From an uncultured Oxalobacteraceae bacterium (lineage in GTDB: Bacteria; Pseudomonadota; Gammaproteobacteria; Burkholderiales; Burkholderiaceae_D): a stretch of 64,000 nt of DNA. The notes under the pieces were generated by a model. It was given only the letters and a program-made list of their open reading frames with translations, did not search any database and had not been told where the DNA came from. The translations under genes and the position numbers were made by a program. The DNA lies in assembly GCA_965650445.1 (NCBI GenBank), contig CBFGOU010000001.1:4095-68094 (forward strand), given 5' to 3'. Position 1 is the stretch's first letter. Each line of letters opens with the position of its first letter. This document shows, one piece after another, positions 39,246 through 48,855 of the stretch.

Positions 39246-39845
39246 ATGACTCTCCTCCTGCCTACCGACTTCAACAAAAATCTGTCCGCCGACCGTTTGG
39301 AATTCATTGCCGGTCTGCTCTTGGATGAGCTATATGCCACTGAAGATGATCTGACCAGGTCAACCGATAACGGGTACACGCGGGGGTGTACGACGTTTAT
39401 GCGTCAGCGAAATCGGATTATTGCTGAGGCTCTGTCTGGGCGCCAACCTTGGCTGACAGTACCCAATCCTCGCAATGACTTAGTCTTCGCGATCGGCGGC
39501 GTTCCTTGTCGTTTTAGCAATGATGATCCTGCAAATCCGTCCAAAGATGCTGTATTAGTTGCAAATCGGTATCAAATGGATTTTCTCGACTTTGCCCCCG
39601 CTTCGGACGCCGCCCGCTTTTGCTTTGTAATTGATCGCGGCTATACCGGTGCAGATGACCCGAGAGTAGAGTTTCTAGGATTCACTGCTGACAACACGTT
39701 AGCTTGCCGCTGGGTGTCCGGCACTGTTCGAATCTTGCGAGTTGAAGGCCAGCAAGCCCTGCCACAAGCGATTGACGTTGCGAAACCTATCGTTGCTCCA
39801 AAGCGCCGCGACGACGGAGATATGGCTGAAGAAGTGGTTAAATGA
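39246..39845 (+). CDS. hypothetical protein coupled to the XRE/ImmA gene (putative toxin or effector)
   Basis: 199-aa ORF with ATGA overlap with the downstream gene. Confidence 0.7.
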   Translation: MTLLLPTDFNKNLSADRLEFIAGLLLDELYATEDDLTRSTDNGYTRGCTTFMRQRNRIIAEALSGRQPWLTVPNPRNDLVFAIGGVPCRFSNDDPANPSKDAVLVANRYQMDFLDFAPASDAARFCFVIDRGYTGADDPRVEFLGFTADNTLACRWVSGTVRILRVEGQQALPQAIDVAKPIVAPKRRDDGDMAEEVVK

Positions 39846-40975
39846 GTAACTTTGTTGGAAGTAATTTACGACTAATTCGCCTATTTCACGGATTGTCTCT
39901 TGCAGACTTAGGCGAACGAGTTAGTGTGTCTAAACAGTTTTTGAGTAGGATTGAAAACGGTGGCGAGTCAATTGCAGCCTCTTTAGAAGATGCTTTAGTT
40001 GCTGAGTTAAATGTTCTTCCCGATTTCTTTTATCATGTCGATCCGAATCCAATTGCAGACGAACAATGCCATTTTCGTAGGCAACTTACGACTAAGGTAG
40101 TTCTTAAGCAAATCGCCCGTGCTAGGGGAGAAATTTTGAAGCGCCTTGTGGGTGTTCTGGATGAGCATGTTGAGCTTCCAAAGTATCAGGTCGCGGAAGC
40201 GGATCCTACACATGCTGAATCTATTGAACGCGCAGCGGAGAAATTTCGAACAGCATTTGCTCTTGGTCTCGGACCGCTCAGCAATGTAACTCGAATTGCC
40301 GAAAACGCCGGTGCCGCAGTACTGAAAATAAGTGGCCTTGCGAGTGAAATTGATGCAATTTCGTTTGCCACTAAGCGGCCTATCATTGCGTTGAATGATA
40401 CAGGTCGTTCGGTCTGCCGCGAACGATTTGGTGTTGCGCACGAGTTGGGCCATTTCTCGTTGCACATCGGAGTTTTGACTGGGGATAGGTTGACGGAGAC
40501 TCAAGCAAACCACTTCGCTAGCGCGCTGTTAATGCCTAGAACTACATTTGCACGTGAATGCACTCTTGCTATTAGAGGATCTCGTCTCAACTGGACCGGT
40601 CTTTCCGATTTAAAGCTGCGATGGGGTGTTTCTAAGGCGGCTATTCTTTTTAGAGGTAAGCAACTTGGGGTCTTCAGTGATGAGCAAGTAAAAACTGGCT
40701 ATATTGGTTTAAATCGTCACGGTGAAGCTGCTCAAGAGTCTGAGGATAATCTTATGGTAAGCGAAGAACCGGAAGTCATTGTCGACGGCTTAAAAGTGAT
40801 GAGGGATCACTTTGGGATTCCCGCAGCGGCTATAGCGAGAGAGATGCGCGTTCAGCCAAGTCTACTAGAAAGTTTGCTGCCGTTGTCTGTCGCTGCAAGA
40901 ACAGAAAACGTGCTTGAGTTCCGTCGCTCGGCCGTCGTTGGCCGGGAGCGGGAGCTTACAGTGCAGAACATATAA
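39842..40975 (+). CDS. XRE HTH + ImmA/IrrE (M78) metallopeptidase fusion
   Basis: HTH LADLGERVSVSKQFLSRIENG; RERFGVAHELGH (HExxH); ETQANHFASALLMP. Confidence 0.92.
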   Translation: MSNFVGSNLRLIRLFHGLSLADLGERVSVSKQFLSRIENGGESIAASLEDALVAELNVLPDFFYHVDPNPIADEQCHFRRQLTTKVVLKQIARARGEILKRLVGVLDEHVELPKYQVAEADPTHAESIERAAEKFRTAFALGLGPLSNVTRIAENAGAAVLKISGLASEIDAISFATKRPIIALNDTGRSVCRERFGVAHELGHFSLHIGVLTGDRLTETQANHFASALLMPRTTFARECTLAIRGSRLNWTGLSDLKLRWGVSKAAILFRGKQLGVFSDEQVKTGYIGLNRHGEAAQESEDNLMVSEEPEVIVDGLKVMRDHFGIPAAAIAREMRVQPSLLESLLPLSVAARTENVLEFRRSAVVGRERELTVQNI

Positions 40976-41003
40976 AAATAGCCCCCTCAAAGGGGCTATT
41001 TTT
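40974..41003. terminator. bidirectional intrinsic terminator
   Basis: AAAAATAGCCCC-loop-GGGGCTATTTTT between convergent genes. Confidence 0.8.
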
Positions 41004-41215
41004 TATTTGTTTCGGTTCACATTATCTGCCTTGGAGTGGTCAGGATTGTCCCGAACATACTCTCTACCATTTATTTTTACGACATGAGTGTCCGGATGAA
41101 GTCCTTTCTTTACCTCTCTCACAGCCTCCACGCGCGGAACTGCTTTTCGGTTGCCGATTGCGTAGGTTTCATTGCGACCGCCGGGGCCGTCGTTGTTTCC
41201 AATAATTTTTGTCAT
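41003..41215 (-). CDS. small DUF3892-like protein
   Basis: C-terminal GREYVRDNPD...DNVN; GAGGG RBS. Confidence 0.6.
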   Translation of the reverse strand: MTKIIGNNDGPGGRNETYAIGNRKAVPRVEAVREVKKGLHPDTHVVKINGREYVRDNPDHSKADNVNRNK

Positions 41216-41415
41216 TTCTGTTCCCTCTGCTTGGATGAAGGTCATCAAAAAAAAGCAATTACTTGGTGAGTTGGGTCACCGAGAACTAGTGTACCTCGAC
41301 TTTGTTGTTGCTACTTCTTTTTGCCGATAGTACAAGTGATGCGAGTGCTGGAACGGATTCGGAATCCATAAGTCGGTGTTCGACCAGCAATGGTAGGCAA
41401 ATCATCTCCTTGGCG

Positions 41416-41775
41416 TTATTTGACTGGATGATGCTTCCATGCCGCGATTTCCATTAAGATCGCGCTGTCGCCGTCATCGTTCCATACGGCCGTTTTAAGC
41501 CCCCAGTACAGTTTATGGATAACGGAACCATTCGGCGACGTAATAGTGTCCGACGTACCTGGTCGAGTGAATATACGCACGTACTCTCCAGCTTTCACTT
41601 GCTTATCCGGGAACCAGTAGACGTGCCGCAACTTATTGGATACGGTGTTTTCCTTGGTATAGGTGCTGTCCGTCAGCAGATATTTTCCAATATCGCAGTC
41701 CTCTGTCGCTTGCAGGTCCGCAAACTCTTTATTGTAGTCACCGTGGCTTTGAATAGAAACGAATTTCAGTTTCAC
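41416..41775 (-). CDS. hypothetical beta-sandwich protein (lamin-tail-domain-like)
   Basis: YWFPDKQVKAGEYV...YWGLKTAVWNDDGD pattern; GTG start after AAGGGG. Confidence 0.55.
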   Translation of the reverse strand: MKLKFVSIQSHGDYNKEFADLQATEDCDIGKYLLTDSTYTKENTVSNKLRHVYWFPDKQVKAGEYVRIFTRPGTSDTITSPNGSVIHKLYWGLKTAVWNDDGDSAILMEIAAWKHHPVK

Positions 41776-42780
41776 TACGTTCCCCTTTAAATAAATGTCA
41801 CTACTTAGTGGCAAGGGGAGTGTGGGGATGGTTGTGAGGAAATCAATAGGCCGCAGGAAAAAAGCATTGCGATATGAAAATGGTTGTTTTTTTTTGCAAG
41901 CTGAAATAATACGCTCATTGAGTACAGGACTGTGAGGTGAACAGTTTGGTTTCTAACTCCGGAAAAACCATGAACCGGGGTCGTTGTCGCACGCCGAGCG
42001 CGCCGCGGCGCGTCGCTACCGCTGGCGCGCCCCCTTGCCGCGCTGGAGCACGATGCTCAGCGAGGCCGAGGTGCTGTTCGAAAGTTCTCCGCATCGGATC
42101 GCACTGTTGGCTGCACTGCGCGATCTGTCGCCGCTCGCTTCGCCGGCGAGTACCATGCATTGGGCGGCGTTGCTAGCCCAGCAAGGCGTGCCGGTGGGCG
42201 TCGCGATGGCTGCGCTGGTGCGACTGGGCATGGCGGAGTGACGGCCAGGCCAGCTGTGAGGGCGCGGCTCCGCCCGGTCTCCGCGACGCACCGCGGGCGT
42301 ACCGATAGCGTATTGGCGGCGCCGTTGCGAAAGACGCAGACGGGTAGGATGCGAAGCTCAGAGGACCTTGGCGCATGCCTCGGTGGCAGGTCGGCTCGGG
42401 ACGCCGAGAACACCGTGCCGCATACGGGTCAGACCTGCAGGCGTGGACCTTTCAGACTGCCCTGCCCGCGCAAAATGTCGTCGAGCGGCCGCATGGCGCG
42501 CACCAGTTGCCGACAAGCGCCGCGGGCGCGCCGGTGGCAAGCATGATATAGATGATGCGCACCAGCGGGCGGCCGGTGCACGGGTCGACCTGCACCTGAT
42601 CAACAGCTGAATCCTGCGCCGGCGCCGCCTGCGCGCAGCATCCGGTCACCGCGGTGGCAAGGACCTGACTGCGTAAGGGAGCCGCCGCCGAGTCACGCAA
42701 ATCGCCACTGTCATTTCGGACCAGTGCGGCTGTTCGGGGGACGGGCCATGCGTTCGCGTAGACAGCTCGCCGGCAATGTC

Positions 42781-43509
42781 CTACAGGTCAGCATACCGCG
42801 GCAGTAGATCCTGATCGACCAGGCGCACTTCGATATCGTTGGCGATCTTCACATGTGCCGGGTTCTCAATCGAGAACGGTTCGTCGATGACGCTCACGAC
42901 GATGGTGCCTAGCTGCTGCTTGCTGTCACCCAGAACCGGCATGAGCATGCGCGCCTCTGGCACCAGTTGGGTCGTGAGCACCGTAGGAAGATAGATCATC
43001 CAGCCCACCCCGGGGCGGTCCTTAAAGACCTTCTTTTCAACATACCAATGTGGGCTGAATGTCGCAAATTGCGCAGGCCATAACGTGGCGACCGATCGAA
43101 GCAATGCGGCTCCCTGTTGCCAATTTGAGACCTTCGGCGCATCGGTCATCTGGAACGAGATCGCGTCCGGCCGATTGAGCGTGTTGACCCGCGATGCCAT
43201 GCTGGCGCTGTCCTCGTCGGCCTCTGCGCCGTTCCATAGCGCGATAGATCGGCTATTGGTGGCAAGCTTCGTCTTTTCCCTCACCACTGCCAACGCCGCA
43301 GTGGTCGGTCCGTTGGAATCGAACGCCTCGTACAGGAGTGCATCGGCCTTGCTCTTGCTCGATGATAGGTACCAGCGCTGTAGAAGCGGCGACCATGGAG
43401 CGACCCAGCCGGCCAGCCGATGCAATTCGGTGAATTGAAGCTCGACGGGAATGAGCTGGTCCAGATTCCGGCGGAACTGAACATCAAGGGTGAGTAATTG
43501 TGGCGTCAT
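42781..43509 (-). CDS. Imm52-like immunity protein
   Basis: VFKDRPGVGWMIYLP...ANDIEVRLVDQDLLP; coupled to Tox-REase-5. Confidence 0.85.
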   Translation of the reverse strand: MTPQLLTLDVQFRRNLDQLIPVELQFTELHRLAGWVAPWSPLLQRWYLSSSKSKADALLYEAFDSNGPTTAALAVVREKTKLATNSRSIALWNGAEADEDSASMASRVNTLNRPDAISFQMTDAPKVSNWQQGAALLRSVATLWPAQFATFSPHWYVEKKVFKDRPGVGWMIYLPTVLTTQLVPEARMLMPVLGDSKQQLGTIVVSVIDEPFSIENPAHVKIANDIEVRLVDQDLLPRYADL

Positions 43510-44144
43510 GGTCGGAAGAGTACCTCGATGTCTGGATAAGCTGCTTGAATGATGCCGGAGAAATAGCGGAAGCTGATCGGTTCCATGAAATACCACTTCA
43601 GAACAACGGGCGGCCGCGGACGAGCGACCGCGCCCTGTGCCAGGGCCTCCTCGATCAACTCCTCCTGGCCCTCGCGCCACCACTGTTGTGGTACACCGAA
43701 CCGCGTGAAAAATTGATCGTAGCGCGCCTTCGCTTCTTTTAAAAGACACTCGCTGGAGTCAAAGCCATCAAACTTGATATTCATCCAGTTCCATTCGAGG
43801 ATGAAATTGGGGCCGGACGGCATGCCGCCTATCCGAATCTGATAGTCGACCCACGGCTGGCGGACAGCGAAGTTGCGCTGCCAGAATTCTCCATGATCGG
43901 GCGGGCATTCGTCGCATTTTTTGTCCTTCGTACAGTCCTTCGTCATCGTTTGTGGATTGGCTTTGGCGAGAGGCGACGCCTTCGCCTTTTCCGCCTCTTC
44001 CTGCCTGTGCAAAGCGTCGCTGGCGGAGCCTACGAGGACTGCGGCGCCGACGCCGCCCGCCGTGGCGCCTGCCGCGGGAGCGGCCTGTGTCGCCAAGCGC
44101 CTCACCACATCGAGAAGCTTCGGACTAAGGACTCTGGCCATCAA
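43506..44144 (-). CDS. Tox-REase-5 nuclease toxin
   Basis: CDECPP, YQIRIGG, FDGFDSSECLLKEAKARYDQFF, LKWYFME. Confidence 0.88.
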   Translation of the reverse strand: MMARVLSPKLLDVVRRLATQAAPAAGATAGGVGAAVLVGSASDALHRQEEAEKAKASPLAKANPQTMTKDCTKDKKCDECPPDHGEFWQRNFAVRQPWVDYQIRIGGMPSGPNFILEWNWMNIKFDGFDSSECLLKEAKARYDQFFTRFGVPQQWWREGQEELIEEALAQGAVARPRPPVVLKWYFMEPISFRYFSGIIQAAYPDIEVLFRP

Positions 44145-44497
44145 CTACTCCTTTGCGCTGCCAATAATTCGCTCCTGAACACCGCCACCATGTCGTCAAA
44201 CCGTTGTTCTGGTGTGGCGCCGGCCATCATCAAGTAGGAAGCGATGTACGTGTCGTCGTGAAAGCCTGGATAGTCGGCCGCGGTATACATGAACTGGACA
44301 ACGTGGGGGCTTGATGTGAACCCCGCTCGGTCGGTAAAGGCGCGCGCCGCCTGCATGCGCGCCTGCACGCTATCCTTGCCCGGCCATTTGGCCATTTCAG
44401 GACGACCGGCAAGAAACTGATCGCACACTGCAGTCACAAAGGAGGCGGTGTCGCGTGCTTTCAGCTGGGCCCACTGTCCCTCGTCGAACGCAATCAT
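44141..44497 (-). CDS. hypothetical accessory protein of the effector module
   Basis: ATGA overlaps at both ends; MIAFDEGQW...PEQRFDD. Confidence 0.7.
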   Translation of the reverse strand: MIAFDEGQWAQLKARDTASFVTAVCDQFLAGRPEMAKWPGKDSVQARMQAARAFTDRAGFTSSPHVVQFMYTAADYPGFHDDTYIASYLMMAGATPEQRFDDMVAVFRSELLAAQRSS

Positions 44498-44985
44498 GCG
44501 CGCCTCCCGATCCAGGCGCGCTGTCCCCTGTGCAGCAGGTGCCATTCGTGAATATGTCCAAAGAAGTCCTGCCGCTGTTCGATTGAGAGTACCTCGGCCA
44601 GGCTGACCAGGACACGCGGATCCCAGAAACGCAACATTGTCGTGCGCCCGTCGGGCATCGTCGCATCAAGGTTCAGCTGCAGCAGCTGCGCCAGGCCTTG
44701 TGCACTTTGGGGCGTGATCAGCCAGGAGACTGCGGGAATCTGTCGCTCCAGGGCGGCCAGGTCTTCCACGCAGGCGCGGCCGGCCTGCTCAACGTCGATC
44801 AGCCATGGACCGGCATGGGAAAGGGAGGCGTCGGGAGTGCCGTCAAAAAGCGAATAGAAGGCCGCTTGGCGCGTTAGCCACATTCCCCGGCTGGAGTGGT
44901 ATTGGGCGCCGTCGACGAGGGCGTAAAGCCGCATGGAGTCGGTCTGCTGGCGTAGCTCGGCAAGGCGTGTCATCACGTCGATCAT
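44494..44985 (-). CDS. DUF4123 T6SS effector chaperone
   Basis: LYALVDGA, AGPWLI, LRFWDPRVL. Confidence 0.9.
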   Translation of the reverse strand: MIDVMTRLAELRQQTDSMRLYALVDGAQYHSSRGMWLTRQAAFYSLFDGTPDASLSHAGPWLIDVEQAGRACVEDLAALERQIPAVSWLITPQSAQGLAQLLQLNLDATMPDGRTTMLRFWDPRVLVSLAEVLSIEQRQDFFGHIHEWHLLHRGQRAWIGRRA

Positions 44986-44988
44986 GTG

Positions 44989-45405
44989 TCACTCGCGGAT
45001 GACGGTGGCGGTGCCTGCCGCTGCGGCCTTCAGCAAGCATTCCAGACACACACCGGACTTCGTCGGCATTGCAATCGGTGCGGCAGCCGCCATTATTTCC
45101 GCAGCTTCTTCAGCGGCTGGATTGCCGAGCGAGCTCTGGTTGTCCCAGGTTGTCGTGATTTGGCTCGACAGAAGTTTGGCGCCGCAGGCCGTGGTGTCCA
45201 GATGCCGCGCATAGCCGTTGCCGCCGCCGTCGACGAGATCGCTCGCGCCTGCCGTGATCGGGAACATCCCTTTGCACTTCGGGCACACCGTCATGTCGCC
45301 GATGCGGGCCACGCACTTGCCGTTGATGTCGAAGGTGAGGTCGGCTGTGATAACGGTGCCGCCGTGACTCGTTCTGTCGCCCATGACGATAAGGGGTAGG
45401 CTCAC
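44989..45405 (-). CDS. PAAR-domain protein with C-terminal extension
   Basis: GDRTSHGGTV, ARIGDMTVCPKC, TACGAKL; C-terminal CLEC. Confidence 0.9.
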   Translation of the reverse strand: MSLPLIVMGDRTSHGGTVITADLTFDINGKCVARIGDMTVCPKCKGMFPITAGASDLVDGGGNGYARHLDTTACGAKLLSSQITTTWDNQSSLGNPAAEEAAEIMAAAAPIAMPTKSGVCLECLLKAAAAGTATVIRE

Positions 45406-45699
45406 ATGCATCTCCTGAACTGGTTGTGAAATAGCATTTATGGCAAGGTTATCAGAAAATACCTCTCTTGGGTGGGCCTAGCGGAGGTGTGAATCTCGTG
45501 CGCAATCTCCTGACGGGTGCGCACGCACGTGGCTTCAACGTGCGCGCCACTTCTTTGTCCAGGGTGGCCAAGGTAATCGCCACGCGCGCCTTGTGGTCCA
45601 GGCTGTTGATACGCGTACCGAGCGCGATTGCGCCATGCTAAATCGCCATCGCGCCTGGTTGTAAATAATGCATGGTTCATAACCAACCATGAGACAAAG

Positions 45700-46929
45700 A
45701 TGAACTACCTATCGATCATCGCCCTGCTGGCCCCCCTTGGGGTGCTTACCTACGGCGGCGGCGCCAACGCTGGCCCGCTGTTATCAACCCTGGTCCCGCC
45801 GCCCATCGCGGCACCGGCCGCACCATCCTCTGCGCCGACGCTGCGCGTTGTCGGCCGCACGCTTCAAGCGTGTCAACCACAGGCCGGCAGCAACGTACCG
45901 CTGTGCCGCAATGGACGGCTTCCAGCCGAGTTCGGCACCATCACTCGCACCGTCACCCTGGCACTGCCACCCAAGCCAGCACTAGCGACGTCGCGATTCT
46001 CATCACCTGACGAGCTGGCGGCTGGGGCAGACTCCACTCCGTTGATTATGGTGTTTGAAAGCGCCGGACAAGCGATCGTCTGCACCGCAAGCGGAGCGAT
46101 AGTGTGCTCCCGTGTCGCAGCGCCTGTCCCGACGGGGGGCGTTGTCGATGCCCTGTTACTTTCGGACGGCTACACGGCATTCACCTACACGCGTGCGCCA
46201 GGTGTCACCGGCGCTCCAGACCCGCAGGGGCAGGCGGCGATGCGGTTTCAGGCAGCAGTGGACGCCGCGGCGACCGCCGTACGCCAGTTCCTGAGCGCAC
46301 ATACCAACGCGATCGAACATGTCGACGATTATTACGAATACGATCCGGTGCTCGACCCCGTTCCCTCGCCCGGGGATTCGGGTGGTGGAGGGTATTTCGT
46401 CCCGGTCGTCGTCATTTCTGCGCCTCTCCCGGACCCGATCGATCCGGGCCCGTTCTTCGTCACCAGTGGCGACGGAAATATCGGCAATTTTCCACAGCTG
46501 CCGCCCAGTTACGCGGCTGAGGACCTGGCGGCGGTGCTCAATCCGTGCGTGATCAGCCCAATCATAACGGTCTGCGTGCGTGGCAATCGTCCGCCGCCGC
46601 CCGATGAGGTACCGCTGCCAACAGGGCCCATGCCCTGGTTCCCGCAAAGCTGGTGCGATGCATTTCACGTGCTTTGCAGTACAGGCCAGGAACCCCGTGA
46701 TAATGACCGAGGTGCCAACAGCAGCACGAGTGGGAAGACGCAAGCTGAACTCGACCAAATCTGCACGGATATCAACATAGTCGAAATCGACGTTTGCAAG
46801 GCTAACTTTTCACCGGCGAGGTATCCCCGCGAGTACGCGGTCTGCAAGTCAGAAGCAGACGAACGCATGTTCGCATGCTTTCGAACAGCATCAGAATTGA
46901 CCGACAATGGGGCGCATGTTGCGCCGTGA
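45700..46929 (+). CDS. secreted Pro-rich protein with Cys-rich C-terminus
   Basis: Signal-like MNYLSIIALLAPLGVL; paired cysteines. Confidence 0.65.
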   Translation: MNYLSIIALLAPLGVLTYGGGANAGPLLSTLVPPPIAAPAAPSSAPTLRVVGRTLQACQPQAGSNVPLCRNGRLPAEFGTITRTVTLALPPKPALATSRFSSPDELAAGADSTPLIMVFESAGQAIVCTASGAIVCSRVAAPVPTGGVVDALLLSDGYTAFTYTRAPGVTGAPDPQGQAAMRFQAAVDAAATAVRQFLSAHTNAIEHVDDYYEYDPVLDPVPSPGDSGGGGYFVPVVVISAPLPDPIDPGPFFVTSGDGNIGNFPQLPPSYAAEDLAAVLNPCVISPIITVCVRGNRPPPPDEVPLPTGPMPWFPQSWCDAFHVLCSTGQEPRDNDRGANSSTSGKTQAELDQICTDINIVEIDVCKANFSPARYPREYAVCKSEADERMFACFRTASELTDNGAHVAP

Positions 46930-47001
46930 GTAGCCTTTTCACTCCAATCTGGGTAAAAAACTGACTGGAGTGACAATTGATTAGAGAGCGAGAATTTTGC
47001 C

Positions 47002-47421
47002 ATGAAAGAACCCAAATTGACGGTGGGCCTGATAGAACGCGACGAACGTCCGGTTCTAGTCATTTCCCGAAACGACAACGAAATGCTTAACCAGAGAACA
47101 TGGGAGTTGGCCAAGCTTGCCGAAGAAGGCTACATGGGCGCATGCGACCACGTTGGCCTCACTGTGTTACGTATGCTTGAAATTGGCCACCCGCAGACAT
47201 TCGCCCCGTTTCCTGCGCTCTCACGACCGCCCGGACCCATCATCACAACGTTCGACTTGATCTCGCACTTGCACCATCAATCGTTGGTCGACCGCACCCG
47301 TCGTTACGTCGCCACGATTGACGCGCTGATGGAGCACCACAAGGATGAACTGGAGGACACGAGTCTGCCCGTCCAGTGGCCGATCTTTCGTGCCCATCTC
47401 CTGCGCACGTATTCCGACTGA
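47002..47421 (+). CDS. hypothetical protein
   Basis: 139-aa ORF with globular composition. Confidence 0.6.
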   Translation: MKEPKLTVGLIERDERPVLVISRNDNEMLNQRTWELAKLAEEGYMGACDHVGLTVLRMLEIGHPQTFAPFPALSRPPGPIITTFDLISHLHHQSLVDRTRRYVATIDALMEHHKDELEDTSLPVQWPIFRAHLLRTYSD

Positions 47422-47750
47422 TCACGTGCGGCACTTCGCCCACCTGTATGGAAGACGAATTGGCGCGTATGGCCCAACGCACATACGGAGAGGATTATGA
47501 AAGCCGCGGCTCGTCTCCTTACGACGGTCGCGCTTGCCATGAATAGGACGGATAGCCCAGCGCGTCCAAGTCAACTCTAGGTCGTTCGCCAACCCGGCCT
47601 GTCGCCACCAACGGTGATTCACCCGATGCAGTCGTGTACCGCTATGTGTCAGCTCGATCAGGATGCATTCGTCCAGGATGAATATCCGTTCCGTCCGGCG
47701 AGGTCAAGAGCGAAGTCGGGCCGTTCCGTCCTGGTCAGCTGGTGCCAAGT

Positions 47751-48500
47751 TCAAAGTCCTGGGCAGGAAGCCAAGTCACGAGCAGCAATATATGTGATGG
47801 CAGTGGCTCTAGCTACGGAGTTCAATTGGGACACTCCTTCAATGCCCACAGTGCCGTCATCTTCATCGGCAATGAGATAGCAACTCGGGGACAGGGGCAT
47901 GACCATGTAATCTCCGAATGTATCGGGCAGCGCAAACTCCCCTTCTCTGGCACGGACTAGACCCCAGCGCTTATCTGCCATCGCTTCGGCTTGGCGATCA
48001 AGGGCGAGTTGCACGAGGGGACCGGCGATCATGCGCCCCGGAACCTTCCCATCAGCGGTTATTGTGATGATCCCATAGTGCTCCCCCTCATCCATCGCCT
48101 TTGTCGAGACCGACCGCTCTGACGCCGCGCAAATCCTTAGGTCCGCCAGCGGATTTTGAGCGCGGTGGTGACGAATCCGCCACAGGCTATACATTTCTGA
48201 GACCGCTGAATGTGCGGCGCTGTCTAGCTTCGCCGCGGCACCGCAAAGGATGTCCTTCGTAACAATCCCGAATTGCCGCTCGATGCCAGACATGATTTTG
48301 TTCTCGGATCTTTGGTCCCATCCACGACGTACGACAAAAATATCGGCGTTCGGTCCTAACCGCCTTACCGCACCCGTGCGGAGGTTCAAGACTTGGAGCA
48401 GACGATCATTGCCTGCAAATCGAGTCAACCCGGCTCGGGGATAGCTATGCTGCTTCGTTGTAATCTGAAGAGGACGGGAGCACATTTTCAAGTTACTCAT
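47751..48500 (-). CDS. DUF4238-like protein
   Basis: N-terminal KQHSYPRAGLTRF; C-terminal FALPD...MPLSPSCYL. Confidence 0.5.
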   Translation of the reverse strand: MSNLKMCSRPLQITTKQHSYPRAGLTRFAGNDRLLQVLNLRTGAVRRLGPNADIFVVRRGWDQRSENKIMSGIERQFGIVTKDILCGAAAKLDSAAHSAVSEMYSLWRIRHHRAQNPLADLRICAASERSVSTKAMDEGEHYGIITITADGKVPGRMIAGPLVQLALDRQAEAMADKRWGLVRAREGEFALPDTFGDYMVMPLSPSCYLIADEDDGTVGIEGVSQLNSVARATAITYIAARDLASCPGL

Positions 48501-48669
48501 GCTTGCCTGTTAATGACGACCACGGCGCGATAGCTGAGGCACATATTGTCGCGCTTCGTCCGCGTGGGATGTAGGTATCGAGCTTGTTCATCGGGTGCGG
48601 ATATCTATCTGGGAGCAGCGGACTTCCTCTGGCAATTAGCATCTTCTGCTTGAGGCGCAACGGCTTCAA

Positions 48670-48855
48670 CTCGACAGGTGCCGATTCGCCCGTGACGGTG
48701 CTCTCGTCAACGGAGGCTACGCCTTTGATCACCTCGACATCTATCGGAATCACCGTCGCCCGCCTCCACCAGGATGACATGTCCCTTGCGCAGTTCGCCG
48801 CCGGCTACGGGCAGCCAGGTGGTGCCGTGCTTCGGCGCGGCCAGCTTCTTGCCAT
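48670..48855 (-). pseudogene. kdpB: fragment of kdpB (P-type ATPase actuator domain), frameshifted
   Basis: KKLAAPKHG...ELRKGHVILVEAGD in one frame and VIPIDVEVIKGVASVDESTVTGESAPV in another. Confidence 0.7.

Noticed and set aside
41915-42760. Short GC-rich ORFs between the lamin-tail-like gene and Imm52
   Set aside because: No RBS, motif or consistent frame; probably decayed sequence
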